A stretch of 64,000 nt of DNA from Octopus bimaculoides (lineage: Eukaryota): NCBI RefSeq assembly GCF_001194135.2, contig NC_068989.1, forward strand, positions 57,589,514-57,653,513, in the 5' to 3' direction. Shown here piece after piece: positions 37,024 through 49,712 of this stretch (position 1 is the stretch's first letter; each line of letters begins with the position of its first letter). The position numbers were made by a program, and so were the translations under genes. The notes beneath the pieces were generated by a model. It was not told the DNA's origin. It saw nothing but the letters and a program-made list of their open reading frames with translations, and searched no databases.

Positions 37024-37400
37024 GTAAGTATTTGATTTATGTTTTCTTTTGTGCCTATATATGTGTGTATATGTATGTATGTAATATGTGCATATTAATG
37101 CAAAGGTATGAATGTTATAATAGATATTTACAGATGCAAATAGGCAAGCGTAGATGTGGCCACCTTATTATTCATGAAAGAAAAGGTGTAAGAAGGGCAA
37201 TAACTCAAAGTGTAGGCTATGTAAAGGTAAATAAAATGGTCACTTAGATACCTTAGATATCCATATCTTACTTGTTTTATATGCAGTACATTTGGTTTTG
37301 TATGCATCCATCATCCTCGTAGACAATGGAGACAGAAAATGTGATCAACATTCATATTTAATATAAGTTAAAATTCATGGGGATAATCAAAAATTCGAAA

Positions 37401-37779
37401 ACGTTTGTGTGGTAAGAAGTTTGCTTCCCAACCACGTGGTTTCGGGTTCAGTCCCGCTGCGTAGCACCTAGGGCAAGTGTCTTCTACGATAGCCTCGGGC
37501 CGACCAAAGCCTTGTGAATGGATTTGGTAAACAGAAACTGAAAGAAGCCTGTCGTATATATATGTGTGTGTGTGTGTTTGCCCCACCATCACCACCTGAC
37601 AACTGATGTTGGTGTGTTTATGTCTCTGTAACTTAGCAGTTCGGCAAAAGACACCGATCGAATAAGTACCAGGTTTAAAAAATAAGTACTGGGGTCGATT
37701 CATTTGACTGAAAGCAAACTGAAAGGCTGTGCCCCAGTATGGCCGTAGTGTAATGAGTGAAACAGGCTAAAGATAAAGG
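37401..37779 (+). mobile_element. SINE family B, near full length
   Basis: It matches the 20754 copy throughout and retains its CpGs. Confidence 0.9.
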
Positions 37780-38796
37780 ACAAATATATATCTTTTTTGT
37801 GTGATCAAACTGAGTTTAACCCATTTTACTTAAAGTGAAAATACTCTTAGGCATGAAAATAAAAATATGAAAATACGTTTTCAGATAATGTTTTCTTAAT
37901 ACACTTTAACTGAAAATACGATAATAAAGTCTCCAGTCGAAGACTACGAATGGGTGTTGAGCTTTTGCCGCACGACCTGCGCGAATGATTTGTGTTGTAC
38001 ATTAGATCACTCCATCCATCAAATAGACGTTTTTTGAACAAGGGCGCTGGGTGTTATCATGCATTAGATGTCGAAGTGATCCCAGAGCAACACAAGATAA
38101 TGCATTTTGTTGAAGAACACAAAGCTCCATGCGGTCTGGGAATTGAAACCAATCTCTCCCGTACAACACACTAACCACTAGGCCATGCGTCCCCCATAAC
38201 TGAAAATATACTTGCGTACAAAATACAAGTAAAAAGTTTGATATACAAAAAACAAGTGAAGAAAAAGAGGATTCAATTGTTAGTCCGAGTCTTCAGTATC
38301 AAAAAAAGCTTTTAGTGTAAACAGTTTTGTGTGCATTACGACTGAAAGTCATATTTAACTTACCTGGCTCCAGTTTAAGATGTTATTCAGCTTTTCTAAG
38401 TTTCAGGTATTTTCATTATATTTAAAGCCATGTATGGATTAATGATTAAGTAGGCATGTCTCTCATGACGGTTCGAAAACAAGGGACTCAGGTGTTTTTT
38501 TTTTGTTTTTTTCGTTGATGTAACAAATTTATGTCTGTATAAGAGGAGCATTTTCTGTTCCCAGAAAATATCTTCCCTGTTTTTCTATTCTTCTGTTTTG
38601 TTTTGGGGGGGGTTACTGTAACTGTCACGTGTACTGTTGTCGTTGGTCTTAACATTATCAGTCTAAATCTAGTGCGATGATGATGTGGTAGACGTATCGT
38701 GGCTTTGTAATTCTGTAACGGTCCAATAAGTATTCAGAGAGTATTTGAGTATTTGCATACATATACATACACTTGTAGATGTATACATATACAATG

Positions 38797-38844
<48 letters not shown>

Positions 38845-39022
38845 TTGCAAGATTTTTGATGTGAAATCGTGTGTTGAAACAGATGTTATTGTATTTGGGG
38901 ATGGTCATATTGCCAGTTTAGCTGTGAGGACTCAACAGCTTCACTTTGTTAAACAATGTGTCTCCTCCAAATTATACAATTGGCTTAACCGGCAATATGA
39001 CCAACCCCAAATATAAATATAT

Positions 39023-39065
<43 letters not shown>

Positions 39066-39251
39066 TATAAGATTGTTACTTAAAAATACCAAACTTATCA
39101 GGTGGCCAGCATGGGAATAAAAACCTCAAAGGTAATAATTATTATAAAAATCATAATTTAGGGTATCTAAGAGATACCACCATGCTTGAAATAGCAGTCA
39201 AAACCTTGACTCTAAAACCACATTAAATGTTCATACAGCACCGTATCTTAT

Positions 39252-41350
39252 TCTCCATTGCCGAACCACAAAGTTATGGGGACATTTTATCAGTCTCTAT
39301 TGACGTACTACTAAGTTACAGGGACATTATATCGGTCTCTAGGTTACTTAGCGGTTCAGCAATGGAGGTTGATAAAATGTCCCCGTAACTTGGCGGTTCG
39401 GCAAGAAAGATAGATAGAATGAGACCGTAACTTATGGTGCGGCAATAGAGATCGACAAAATGTACCCGTAACTTAACGGATCGGTAATAAGGATCGATAA
39501 ACTTCCCCGTAACTTAGCAGTTCGGCAATGAAGATCGATAAAATGTACCCGTAACTTACCAGTTCGGCAATACAGATCGATAAAATGTCCCTTAACTTAG
39601 TGGTTCGGCAATGGAGATCGATAAAATGTCTCCATAACTTAGCGGTTCAGCAATACAGATCGATCAAATGTACCCGTAACTTAGCGGTTCGGCAATCAAG
39701 ATCGATAAACTGTTCCCGTAACTTAGCGGTTCGGCAATAAAGATCGGTAAAATGTCCCCGTAAATTAGCAGTTCACCATAGAGAACGATAAAGTGTCCCC
39801 GTAACTTAGCGGTTCGGGTGTACAGACCGATAAAATGACTCCGTAACTTACCAGTTCGTCAATAAGGATCGATAAAATATACCCGTAACTTAGCGGTTCG
39901 GCAATAACGATCGATAAAATGTTCAGGTAACTTAGCGGTTCGGCAATAAGTTTCGATAAAATGTTCCCGTAACTTAGTGGTTCGTCAATAAAGGTCGATA
40001 AAATGTTCCCGTAACTTAGCGGTTCAGCAACAAGGATCGATAAAATATCTCGGTAATTAGCGGTTCGGCAATAGTGATCGATAAAATGTACCCGTAACAT
40101 TAGCGGTTCGTCAATGAAGATTGATAAACTTCCCCTTAACTTAGCGGTTCGGCAATAAAGATCGATAAATAAAATGTTCCCGTAAGGTAGCGGTTCGTCA
40201 ATAACGATCGATAAAACGTCCCCGTAACTTAGCGGTTCGTCAATAAGTTCGATAAAATGTCCCCGTAACTTACCGGTTCGTCAATAAGTTCGATAAAATG
40301 TCCCCGTAACTTAGCGGTTCGTCAATAACGATCGATAAAAATGTCCCCGTAACCTAGCAGTTCGTCAATAAGGTTCGATAAAATGTCCCCGTAACTTAGC
40401 GTTTTAATATTAAGGATCGATAAAATGTCCCCGTAACCTAGAGGTTCGTCAATAAGGATCGATAAAATGTCTAGGTAACATAGCGCTTCGGCAATAAAGA
40501 TCGATAAAATGTTCCCGTAACTTAGCGGTTCGTCACTAAAGATCGATAAACTTCCCCGTAAGTTAGCGGTTCGGCATAGGGATCGATAAAATGTACCCGT
40601 AAACATAGCGGTTCGGCAATAAGGTTCGATAAAATGTCCCCGTTATATAGCAGTTCGTCAATAAGAATCGATAAAATGTCCCCGTAACATAGCGGTTCGT
40701 CAATAACGATCGGTGAAATGTTCCCGTAAGTTAGCGGTTCAGCAATAAAGATCGATAAAATGTACCCGTAAACTAGCGCTTCGGCAAGAAAGATCGATAA
40801 AATGTCCCCGTAACTTAGCGGTGTGTCAATAAGGTTCGATAAAATGACCCCGTAATTTAGCGGTTCAGCAATAGCGAATCGATAAAATGTCCCCGTAATC
40901 CAGCAATTTGGCAATAGAGACCGATAAAATGTCCCCATAACATAGCGGTTCGGCAATAGCGATCAAGAAAATGTCCCCGTAATCCAGCGATTTTGCAATG
41001 GAGACCGATAAAATGTCTCCGTAACTTAACGGTTCAGCAATACAGATCGATAAAATGTCCCCGTAACTTAGGGGTTCGGCAATAGCGATCGATAAAATAT
41101 CCCCGTAATCTAGCAGTTCGGCAATAGCAATCGATAAAATGTCCCCGTAATCCAGCGATTTGGCAATGGAGACCGATAAAATGTCCCCGTAACATAGTGG
41201 TCCGGCAATAGCGATCGATAAAATGTCCCCGTAATCCAGCGATTTTGCAATGGAGACTGATAAAATGTCTCCGTAACTTAACGGTTCAGCAATACAGATC
41301 GATAAAATGTCCCCGTAACTTAGGGGTTCAGCAATAGCGATCGATAAAAT
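39252..41350. repeat. 42-bp tandem satellite, ~48 forward units plus 2 inverted units
   Basis: The consensus is approximately AATGTCCCCGTAACTTAGCGGTTCGGCAATAAAGATCGATAA. The forward array spans 39343-41350 and reverse-complement units span 39252-39340. There are no unique spacers. Confidence 0.95.
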
Positions 41351-41562
41351 AGACAGGACACAGAAGTGTGTCGATAAGCCAGCTGGAGGAGATGTTCTCC
41401 TGGGGCTAAAAGCAACAGTAACATCCACCCTTAGAGGTCAGCCACATTTAAATGGCAAATATACTTCACTTTATCGTGCAGTTACTGTTAATACCTCGTT
41501 CAGAGATTTAACATTGCTTATATATNNNNNNNNNNNNNNNNNNNNNNNNNNNNNTATATATA

Positions 41563-42340
41563 CAAAATAATAAATGGAAAATAGAGTTCAAACTGACATA
41601 TGTTAATTTATTAACATAATATTAATAATCCCTACAACTGTTTCGATTCAAACTCAAAACCAATAAAAAATTTATAAAAATTCATATTTTGGAAGCATTT
41701 TGAGTAAAAATCTGATCAGAACAAAAAATTACATATTAGAAGTTTGTGATCCTTAAACAGACTGAATTAATCAACATATGTTTCTGTATGTAAGTGTGAG
41801 GGTCAATAACTCTTTTTAAAAAAATACAGAAAATAAAAATAAAAACAAATATAATGGTTATAGATATGTATATTAAATATGTGTGTGTATATATAAGAAT
41901 ATTAATTTAAGTATGTTTCTTCACGTTAGTATTTTAAAACAGAAACAGCTTGTTATGAATCTATACGGTTAAGAAAAAACACATCTCTTATACAAATATT
42001 GTTTCTCTTTTATGATACTAACATCCAGACACATACTTAAAATTAATATTCTTATATTAGTTTTTATTTTATTTTTTTTAAGTTATTGACGCTCACACGA
42101 CATACAGAAACATATTTTGACTAATTCAGTTTGTTTAAGGATCTCAAACTTCTAATGTGTAATTTTTTGTCCTGAGGAACCCTGATGAGATTTCTACTCA
42201 AAATGTTTCCCAAATATGAATTTTTATAAATTTGTAATTCGTTTTGAGTTTGAATCAAAACAATTGAAGGGATTATTAGTATTATATTAATAAATTAACA
42301 TATGTCAATTTGAACTCTCTATTTTCTATTTATCATTCTG
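41563..42340. mobile_element. Foldback or long-TIR non-autonomous DNA element with TA flanks
   Basis: The left arm (41563 to ~41933) is the reverse complement of the right arm (~42014-42340), for example AAAATAGAGTTCAAAACTGACATATGTTAATTTATTAA versus TTAATAAATTAACATATGTCAATTTGAACTCTCTATTTT. The spacer is ~80 bp, and TA dinucleotides flank both ends. Confidence 0.85.
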
Positions 42341-42476
42341 TATATATATATCCATTTGTATTGTAGAAAAATTTTACTACCATATTGGGAATTAAACTAG
42401 TTAAACCAGTGGAACTTGGATATCTTCATTCCTATAAGAGGACCTTGTTTCCTTGTATTGGATTGTATATACATAT

Positions 42477-42544
<68 letters not shown>

Positions 42545-43169
42545 NNNNNNNNNNNNNNNNNNNNNNNNNNNNNNNNNNNNNNNNNNNNNNNNNNNNNNNN
42601 NNNNNNNNNNNNNNNNNNNNNNNNNNNNNNNNNNNNNNNNNNNNNNNNNNNNNNNNNNNNNNNNNNNNNNNNNNNNNNNNNNNNNNNNNNNNNNNNNNNN
42701 NNNNNNNNNNNNNNNNNNNNNNNNNNNNNNNNNNNNNNNNNNNNNNNNNNNNNNNNNNNNNNNNNNNNNNNNNNNNNNNNNNNNNNNNNNNNNNNNNNNN
42801 NNNNNNNNNNNNNNNNNNNNNNNNNNNNNNNNNNNNNNNNNNNNNNNNNNNNNNNNNNNNNNNNNNNNNNNNNNNNNNNNNNNNNNNNNNNNNNNNNNNN
42901 NNNNNNNNNNNNNNNNNNNNNNNNNNNNNNNNNNNNNNNNNNNNNNNNNNNNNNNNNNNNNNNNNNNNNNNNNNNNNNNNNNNNNNNNNNNNNNNNNNNN
43001 NNNNNNNNNNNNNNNNNNNNNNNNNNNNNNNNNNNNNNNNNNNNNNNNNNNNNNNNNNNNNNNNNNNNNNNNNNNNNNNNNNNNNNNNNNNNNNNNNNNN
43101 NNNNNATATATATAGTTTTAATTAAAAGAACCAAGGTTCATGAACTCATCGATGAAAACCCACTGTCAC

Positions 43170-43200
<31 letters not shown>

Positions 43201-43208
43201 TGTGTATA

Positions 43209-43680
43209 GTGGGCACAGGAAAGTTGGTCAGCCATGGCTCAGATATAAAGACAAGCTGAAGAGTAACCTCTCAGCAGTCCAGATAGCTCACAACACCTTT
43301 GAGCAAACAGCTTTACACAAACAAAATGGAGATTGTTGTGTCAAAATGGTATAAGAAACTTTGTTGCAACCAACATTAACAGGCTTAGGGGTGTAAGGCA
43401 AAGGAGAAAAGTGGCTGTAAATATATAACCAAGGAGCCATGTAAAAAGCATTGGTATGAGTGCTGGTGACATGTAAAAAGCACTGGTGATGGTGCCACAT
43501 GAAAAGCACCCAGAACGCTCTGTAGAGTGGCTGGTGTTACAAAAGACATCCAGCAATAGAAACCAAGCCAAAACTAACTATGAAACTTGATGCAGCTCCA
43601 TGCCTTGCCTATTCCTGTCAAGCTGTCCAGCCCATGCCTGCATGGAAAATGGACATAAAATGTTGATGATGATGATATAT
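43209..43680 (+). mobile_element. RTE-BovB-like LINE 3' fragment
   Basis: GHRKVGQPWLRYKDKLKSNL resembles the BovB-type GKRSxGGQKKRYKDxLK segment. It is followed by the RTE tail and (GAT)n. Confidence 0.75.
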
Positions 43681-43949
43681 GTGCATGTGTGTGTGTACAT
43701 GCATCTGTGTGCGTTTGTGCATGTTAGTATACCCTTGTTTTGACATCACATGGTAACTGTAAATCTTCATATAAGTGATGTTAATAGTTTCCAGTCTTCT
43801 GTGAATAACATGTCTGGTCCCTGGGGGAATATTTCAATTGGAAGTAAGTGAGCTGTAGAAAATCTGCTTTGACAAATTCCATCCAACCGTTGCAAGCATG
43901 GGAAACGATGTTGATGATAATGACAATGCTGCTACTGCTGCTGCTGCTG

Positions 43950-44412
<463 letters not shown>

Positions 44413-44887
44413 AGTCACCACATTAAACAAACTTGAAAAACATTATCTAGAAAATATTCATTAAATTATTATTTGGTGGTTTAAACAGAGTTTATTTATT
44501 GGCCCAATTTCATTGGTTTATATTTATTTTCTCTCCATCAATGGTAAATTGTGATAAGATAATTATTTGAAATGAGAATTTATTTTGTTTTAGTATTTCT
44601 TTTACCTTTTGGCTACTGTTGTTCAAAAATTTAAATATTTACTGTAAGAACAATTAGTTTCACAACAAGACATATTAGCTATATCTAATCCCTTAAATGT
44701 AATATAAAAGTTAAACTTGTTATCAAATTTCCAGATGAAGTGAAAGTGAGTAAGTTTACTAAAATATCATATGTAAGATGAACTACAGAAAGCAGCTTCA
44801 AGTCACAACTGAAAATGAATAAGCTTATGGTATTATTTTGAATCTATGTCTGTTATATCATAATAAAGTTCCTAATGAGTCATTAAA

Positions 44888-45317
44888 GGTGCAGGCATGG
44901 TTGTGTAGTAAGAATTTTGCTTCCCAACACATGGTTCTGGGTTCAAACCCACTGTGTGACACCTTGGGCAAGTGTCTTCAACTATGACCTCAGGCCAACC
45001 AGAGCCCTGCAAGTGAATTTGGTAGACAGAAATTGAAAGAAGCCCAGTTACATATGTATACATACATTTATGTGTGTGTGTGTGTCTTTGTGTCTGTGTT
45101 TGTCTCCCTACCCCACCACTCGACATTCAGTACTGTGGTGTTTAAGTTCTTGTAACTTAGCAGTTCATCAAAAGAGACCGATAGAATAAGTACCCAGCTT
45201 TAAAAAACAATAAGTGCTGGGGGTCAATAAAACATTCAACTAAAAATTCTTCAAGGTGGTGTCCCAACATAGCTGAAGTCTAATGACTGAAACAATCAAA
45301 AGATAGAAGATAAAAGA
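44888..45317 (+). mobile_element. SINE family B, full length, CpG-decayed
   Basis: It has the same organisation as the 20754 copy, with most CpGs changed to TpG or CpA. Confidence 0.88.
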
Positions 45318-45614
45318 ATGAACTTCTTCTGAAACACCATTTCAGTTCTTAGTAGATCTATTTCACTTCCTTTAATTCTCATGTCTTAGGTAGCAGACTT
45401 TAGTTGTTACCTGGTTCACAGCCACAATTAGGCTCATAGATGGCTTTATCACAGTTTATATAATTACAGAATCTTCAGTCTATGGATATCATGATCCCTT
45501 CTTCCTGCCAGTCATAGAGACTCTGAAAAGGGATCTATCATTGCAGCTACCTTCTCCCCATCTCTTACAAAGATATTACAAAATAAAATCTTTCAAAGCT
45601 CTAAGCAAAGAATA

Positions 45615-45831
45615 TGAGGTGGTGCTGAAAAGTTCCAGGCTTCAGGTAAAAGAAAATACAGGAGGATCAGTTAATTAAGATTTTATGCAACATATTCCCC
45701 TCTCAGATACACACATCTATTGCAGTAGTTCTACAGTTTTTCTAAGCCCTATAAAAGAACTCAGAAGGTGGGGCATCCAACCAGGCATTTTGTGATACCC
45801 TTAAAGCCAGGAACTTTTCAGCACTCCCTCA
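45615..45831. mobile_element. Mariner-type MITE, 217 bp
   Basis: TA at 45613-14 precedes TGAGGTGGTGCTGAAAAGTTCCAGGCTT. The right end AAGCCAGGAACTTTTCAGCACTCCCTCA is followed by TA at 45832-33. The TIRs are 28 bp with few mismatches. Confidence 0.88.
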
Positions 45832-46313
45832 TATCTACCATGCATATTATATTAAGACAAAACCTTCATTAGAGATGAAATCATGACTTCCATTGCATTT
45901 TCCTGTTTCTATATTATTTACAAATATTTCATGTAATATAACAAGAAGATATTGATTACTTATAAATATTTCATGTTATGTATACTAACTTCTTTCATAA
46001 AAAGAAAATATTGATTGCTTATATGTGTATTTAATTATGATAATATAGGATAATATTAATAAAATATAAATATCTGAGAAAAGAATACAGCAACTGACTC
46101 TATGAATTTCTAAATTTAGTTTCATTTCATTATAGACTGGGATCATTCTGATTCTACAAAGGTTTTATATCAATTATTTTTGTAATATATGGGATAGGAT
46201 AGATTTTGTTGGAGCAATTAGTTGACAATTCACTCATTGCCTTCCTCACTGCTAACTAAGCACTAATTCAGTGGCCCAATAACACATCAGGAAGACAAGA
46301 CAAGCATTTAAAT

Positions 46314-46915
46314 CAGTGATTCGATTCTCAACCACTTTTTACCTATGGACCCCTTGGATTACTGTTTCATTCTGGTGGGCCCCCCATAACCATTTGATGT
46401 TTAATAAGTAGCTTTATAGATATCTTTCAAAATTCCTATATTGTTTTTCATAGGTTTACTTGTGTAGGTTTTCAATAGCACTCACTAAGAAATTGTTTCA
46501 GTGGCTGGAAACATGTTAACCCTTTCGTATTTAAATCAGCCATATCCAGCCAAAATATTCTACCAGTTTTATGTTCAAACTGGCCAGATCTGGCCTCTCA
46601 CACTTATCTTACAGTATTATTCTAGAAATAAACAATCATGTCATTGAAATCTCAAAGTTACGAGCTAATGCATAACTAATTCAAATAAGTGTGAATAAAT
46701 AAGCATTACATTTGATAGAGTAATCTGAATGTTAAAGGTTTAAACTACGTAAAATATTTGAGAAAGTAATCTAGTTGTTTTTTGCCATATACACATATAA
46801 AAGCAAAATTTATTCATGGTCTTTTAAAATACTACTGATGATCCCTGATTTATTACTTTGCTTGCATGGACCCCAAAATATTTTATATGGACCCCTAGGG
46901 ATCATATGGACCTAA
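46314..46915. mobile_element. hAT-type MITE interrupted by a TTAA MITE
   Basis: The left end reads cagtgattcgattctcaacc. Interior ggacccc motifs resemble the 3419-3671 element in reverse orientation. The right TIR is not preserved. Confidence 0.55.
46520..46739. mobile_element. TTAA-flanked (piggyBac-like) MITE, 220 bp
   Basis: TTAA lies at 46516-19 and 46740-43. The ends are CCCTTTCGTATT and TAATCTGAATGTTAAAGGT. It is the reverse complement of the 30861 family. Confidence 0.8.
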
Positions 46916-47884
46916 AACATACACTGACAGCATAAAACACATACATACCAAGGAATCATGAAAGTTAGTTTCTGTGTAGTTGTTCAACATGCTAGAAACT
47001 GCTGCTAAATTTTTTTCAAATCACACAGAAAAACATATTAATCCCTGAAAAGATCTCTGCAAAGATTTTGGAAATCACCCCTTCTTCCTTGATTAACTTA
47101 TAAATTAAAAATAAAAATCATTAATAGCTTTACGAGTTCCAACCAGTGTACCAAGATGCACACCACTAAGGATTAATGCAGAGAAACAATGATTGTCACA
47201 CGCCACCAAGTCCATGATTTATCCAGACTTGCATACTGCATTACATTTAATGAACCATTTCACGTCCTGGGTACATTGTGTGGTACTTCACTGTGCAGAA
47301 TTGGGATTAATTTGGAGCAACAGATCTTGGGCCCCAACTAGTTTATGAAACTGATTACTTTCCCAAGCCAACAAAGACACTTCTTAATCTAACCATAGAT
47401 TGACTTCAAACAGTTAAACATTCAAAGATGCAGTTATGAGATCAAATCTTACAATAGATGTTATCTATTCCTGGACAAACCACATGATTCTACTTGTCTC
47501 AAGGTTATTATTATTATTATCTCTTTTGTTTCCTTATAGTCAAGTGGGAAGTCTGTACTTATGACCCTTTGCAAGGCCTCGAAGCCGGTAGGAAGGAGAA
47601 AGGTCCCCTTAAACCAGAGAACTAGCCTAAAGAGTTGCAACTGCATGAACTCTGCTTAAGGTACCCAATGAACAGGTGAGGGTATTAAACTGGGTGACAG
47701 ATTCAGTCTTTCACCTAAGTAGGCTATGATGGGATTTAAACACAAAATGCAAAATAACAAAACATATGCTCCAACACATCTAGTCTGACATTCAGGGATT
47801 AGTATTTTTCCTAGTTATATGTATTCATAATTATAAATAATGCATTATATATTAGAGCATTTTGAATGTTCTATATATTAGTTC

Positions 47885-48095
47885 CAAATTTTGGCAGAAG
47901 GACAGCAGTTTAGGGGGAAGAGGTAAGTTGATTACATTGACCCCAGTACTTGACTGGTACTTATTTTATTGATTCCCTGAAAGGATGAAAGGCAAAGTCA
48001 ACCTCAGCAGAATTTGAACTCAGAACATAAAGACAGACAAAATACCACTAAGCATTATGCCCAGCATGCTAACGATTCTGCCAGCTGGCTGCCCT
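47885..48095 (-). mobile_element. SINE family C, CpG-decayed
   Basis: It is the reverse complement of the family C core. Other copies are at about 5210-5445, 11780-11930, 21590-21760, 57870-58030 and 58680-58880. Confidence 0.8.
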
Positions 48096-49147
48096 GAATG
48101 CTCTATATGTTAAATATTATCAATTATTTACTTATCTGTATATTTGTCAATCCATCTCACCATTTATTGAGTAAGACTTCTAAAGTGCCTTGTATTATGT
48201 TGACATTAACTTACTAATTTATCTATCAATCTATCTATCTACCTATCTATCTATTGTCTATTGATTTGTCTACTACACCACATATTTATTTAGATAGCTT
48301 TTTAAAGTTCTTTGTATTAAATATGCTTGCCTATTATTTTTCATGTAGATGGCATCTCTAAATTATTCATTCTTTATACTGTTATATTTTCCTACAATAC
48401 TATAAACAGAATCATATAAATTAGTTCCTTTAGTAACACCAACAATTCGTCGTCATCATCATCATCATTATTCAACATCTGTTTTCCATGCAGGCATGGG
48501 TTGAACAGTTCAATGGGTACTGTTGAGCCAGAGGAATGTACCATGCTCCAATGTCTGCTTTAGAATGGCTTCTACAGCTAGATATCTCTCCTAATGCCAA
48601 CCACTTTATAGAGTACTGGTTGCTTTTGTTCATGGAGCTATCACTTAGGATGGGTGATAGGAAAGGTATCCAGCTGTAGAAAATCCACTTCAATGAATTC
48701 AGTCTGACCTATGCAAGCATGGAAAAGTGGATGTTAAGCTATCATTACTCATTACTGACTAAAATCATTCTTTCAAACCGCTTGTTTATTTCTGTTTTTT
48801 AAGGTGTCTTCTGTTAAACATGTTAACACTAGTTTATCTATCTATTTCCCCAAATATTTACATCTAATCAGGTTTTTTTTAATGTACCATACATTAAATA
48901 TTTTAACACTAAACTTGCCTTCTGCTTGCTTGCATGGTTGACTGGTTAGCAAGAGAAAAAGAGTCATCCAGGTGTAAAAAACTATTGTTGTAAAATCACG
49001 GGCCTACTTATGCTGTTATGGGGAAATGAATGTAAAATAGCCAAAAATAACTTAGGTTATTTATTCTTCTATTATCATTATTATCATCATCATCATCATC
49101 ATCATTATGAATATCATTTTCATTATTATTGTTGTTGTTGCTGTTAG

Positions 49148-49445
49148 GGTAGTGAGCTGGCAGAATCATTAGCATATTGGACAAAATGCTTAGTGGCATG
49201 TCATCCATCTTCACATTCTGAGTTCAAATTCTACCGAGGTTGACTTTGCCTTTCATCTTTTCAGAGTCAATAAATTAAATACCAGTTGTGTACTGGGGTC
49301 AATGTAAATGATTTCAAATAGTGTCAAGGTCAATTTTGTCTTTCATCGTTTCAGGGTTTGTAAAGTACGTACCAGTTGAGTACTGGGGTCAATGTAAATG
49401 ATTTAACCCTTGCCAAAAAATTGCTGGCCTAGTGCCAAACTTTGA
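49148..49445 (+). mobile_element. SINE family C with internal duplication, 100 bp upstream of an exon acceptor
   Basis: The head reads GGGTAGTGAGCTGGCAGAATCATTAGC. The segment TTTCATC..TACCAGTTG.GTACTGGGGTCAATGTAAATGATTT occurs twice. Confidence 0.8.
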
Positions 49446-49544
49446 AAATATTGCTGTTTTTGTTCTTGTTTTTTTTTGTTGTACTGTATTTTCTTCATAA
49501 TATTCTATTGCATTCTATTCATTTTGTTTTGTATTTCCTTCCAG

Positions 49545-49712
49545 CTCTCAGCACGACAGTAGCACTGATAATATTTCCTGTTGCCATAGAACATGACTTA
49601 AAGCTGTTATCCCATCACTACGGAACGGGCTATGGTCTCGGATGGGGGGGAACTATATTCTTTTTTGCCGCAGCCCTTTGTATGAGTCTTGATGATATTG
49701 TCCGAGAGTCTT
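49545..49712 (+). CDS. TMEM47: TMEM47-like protein, exon encoding the end of TM3, ECL2 and TM4; 3' end lost in an assembly gap
   Basis: A long pyrimidine tract ends in ttccAG at 49543-44, and G|CT = Ala is in frame with the previous exon. It translates ALSTTVALIIFPVAIEHDLKLLSHHYGTGYGLGWGGTIFFFAAALCMSLDDIVRES. GYGLGWGGTIF matches the GYGLAWGATIF motif I recall for TMEM47/PERP. The frame is still open where the N run starts at 49713. Confidence 0.92.

Noticed and set aside
37024-37247. Read-through extension of the 36897 ORF
   Set aside because: A strong G|GTAAGT donor at 37024 is followed by low-complexity sequence, so this is intron.
38358-38366. Perfect minus-strand donor CAG|GTAAGT in the CpG-retained island
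   Set aside because: A single 9-mer of this kind is plausible by chance in 128 kb of AT-rich sequence. I found no acceptor or open frame upstream.
39343-41350. CRISPR-like array
   Set aside because: The units are contiguous with no unique spacers and there are no cas genes. The context is eukaryotic and the unit matches a SINE segment.
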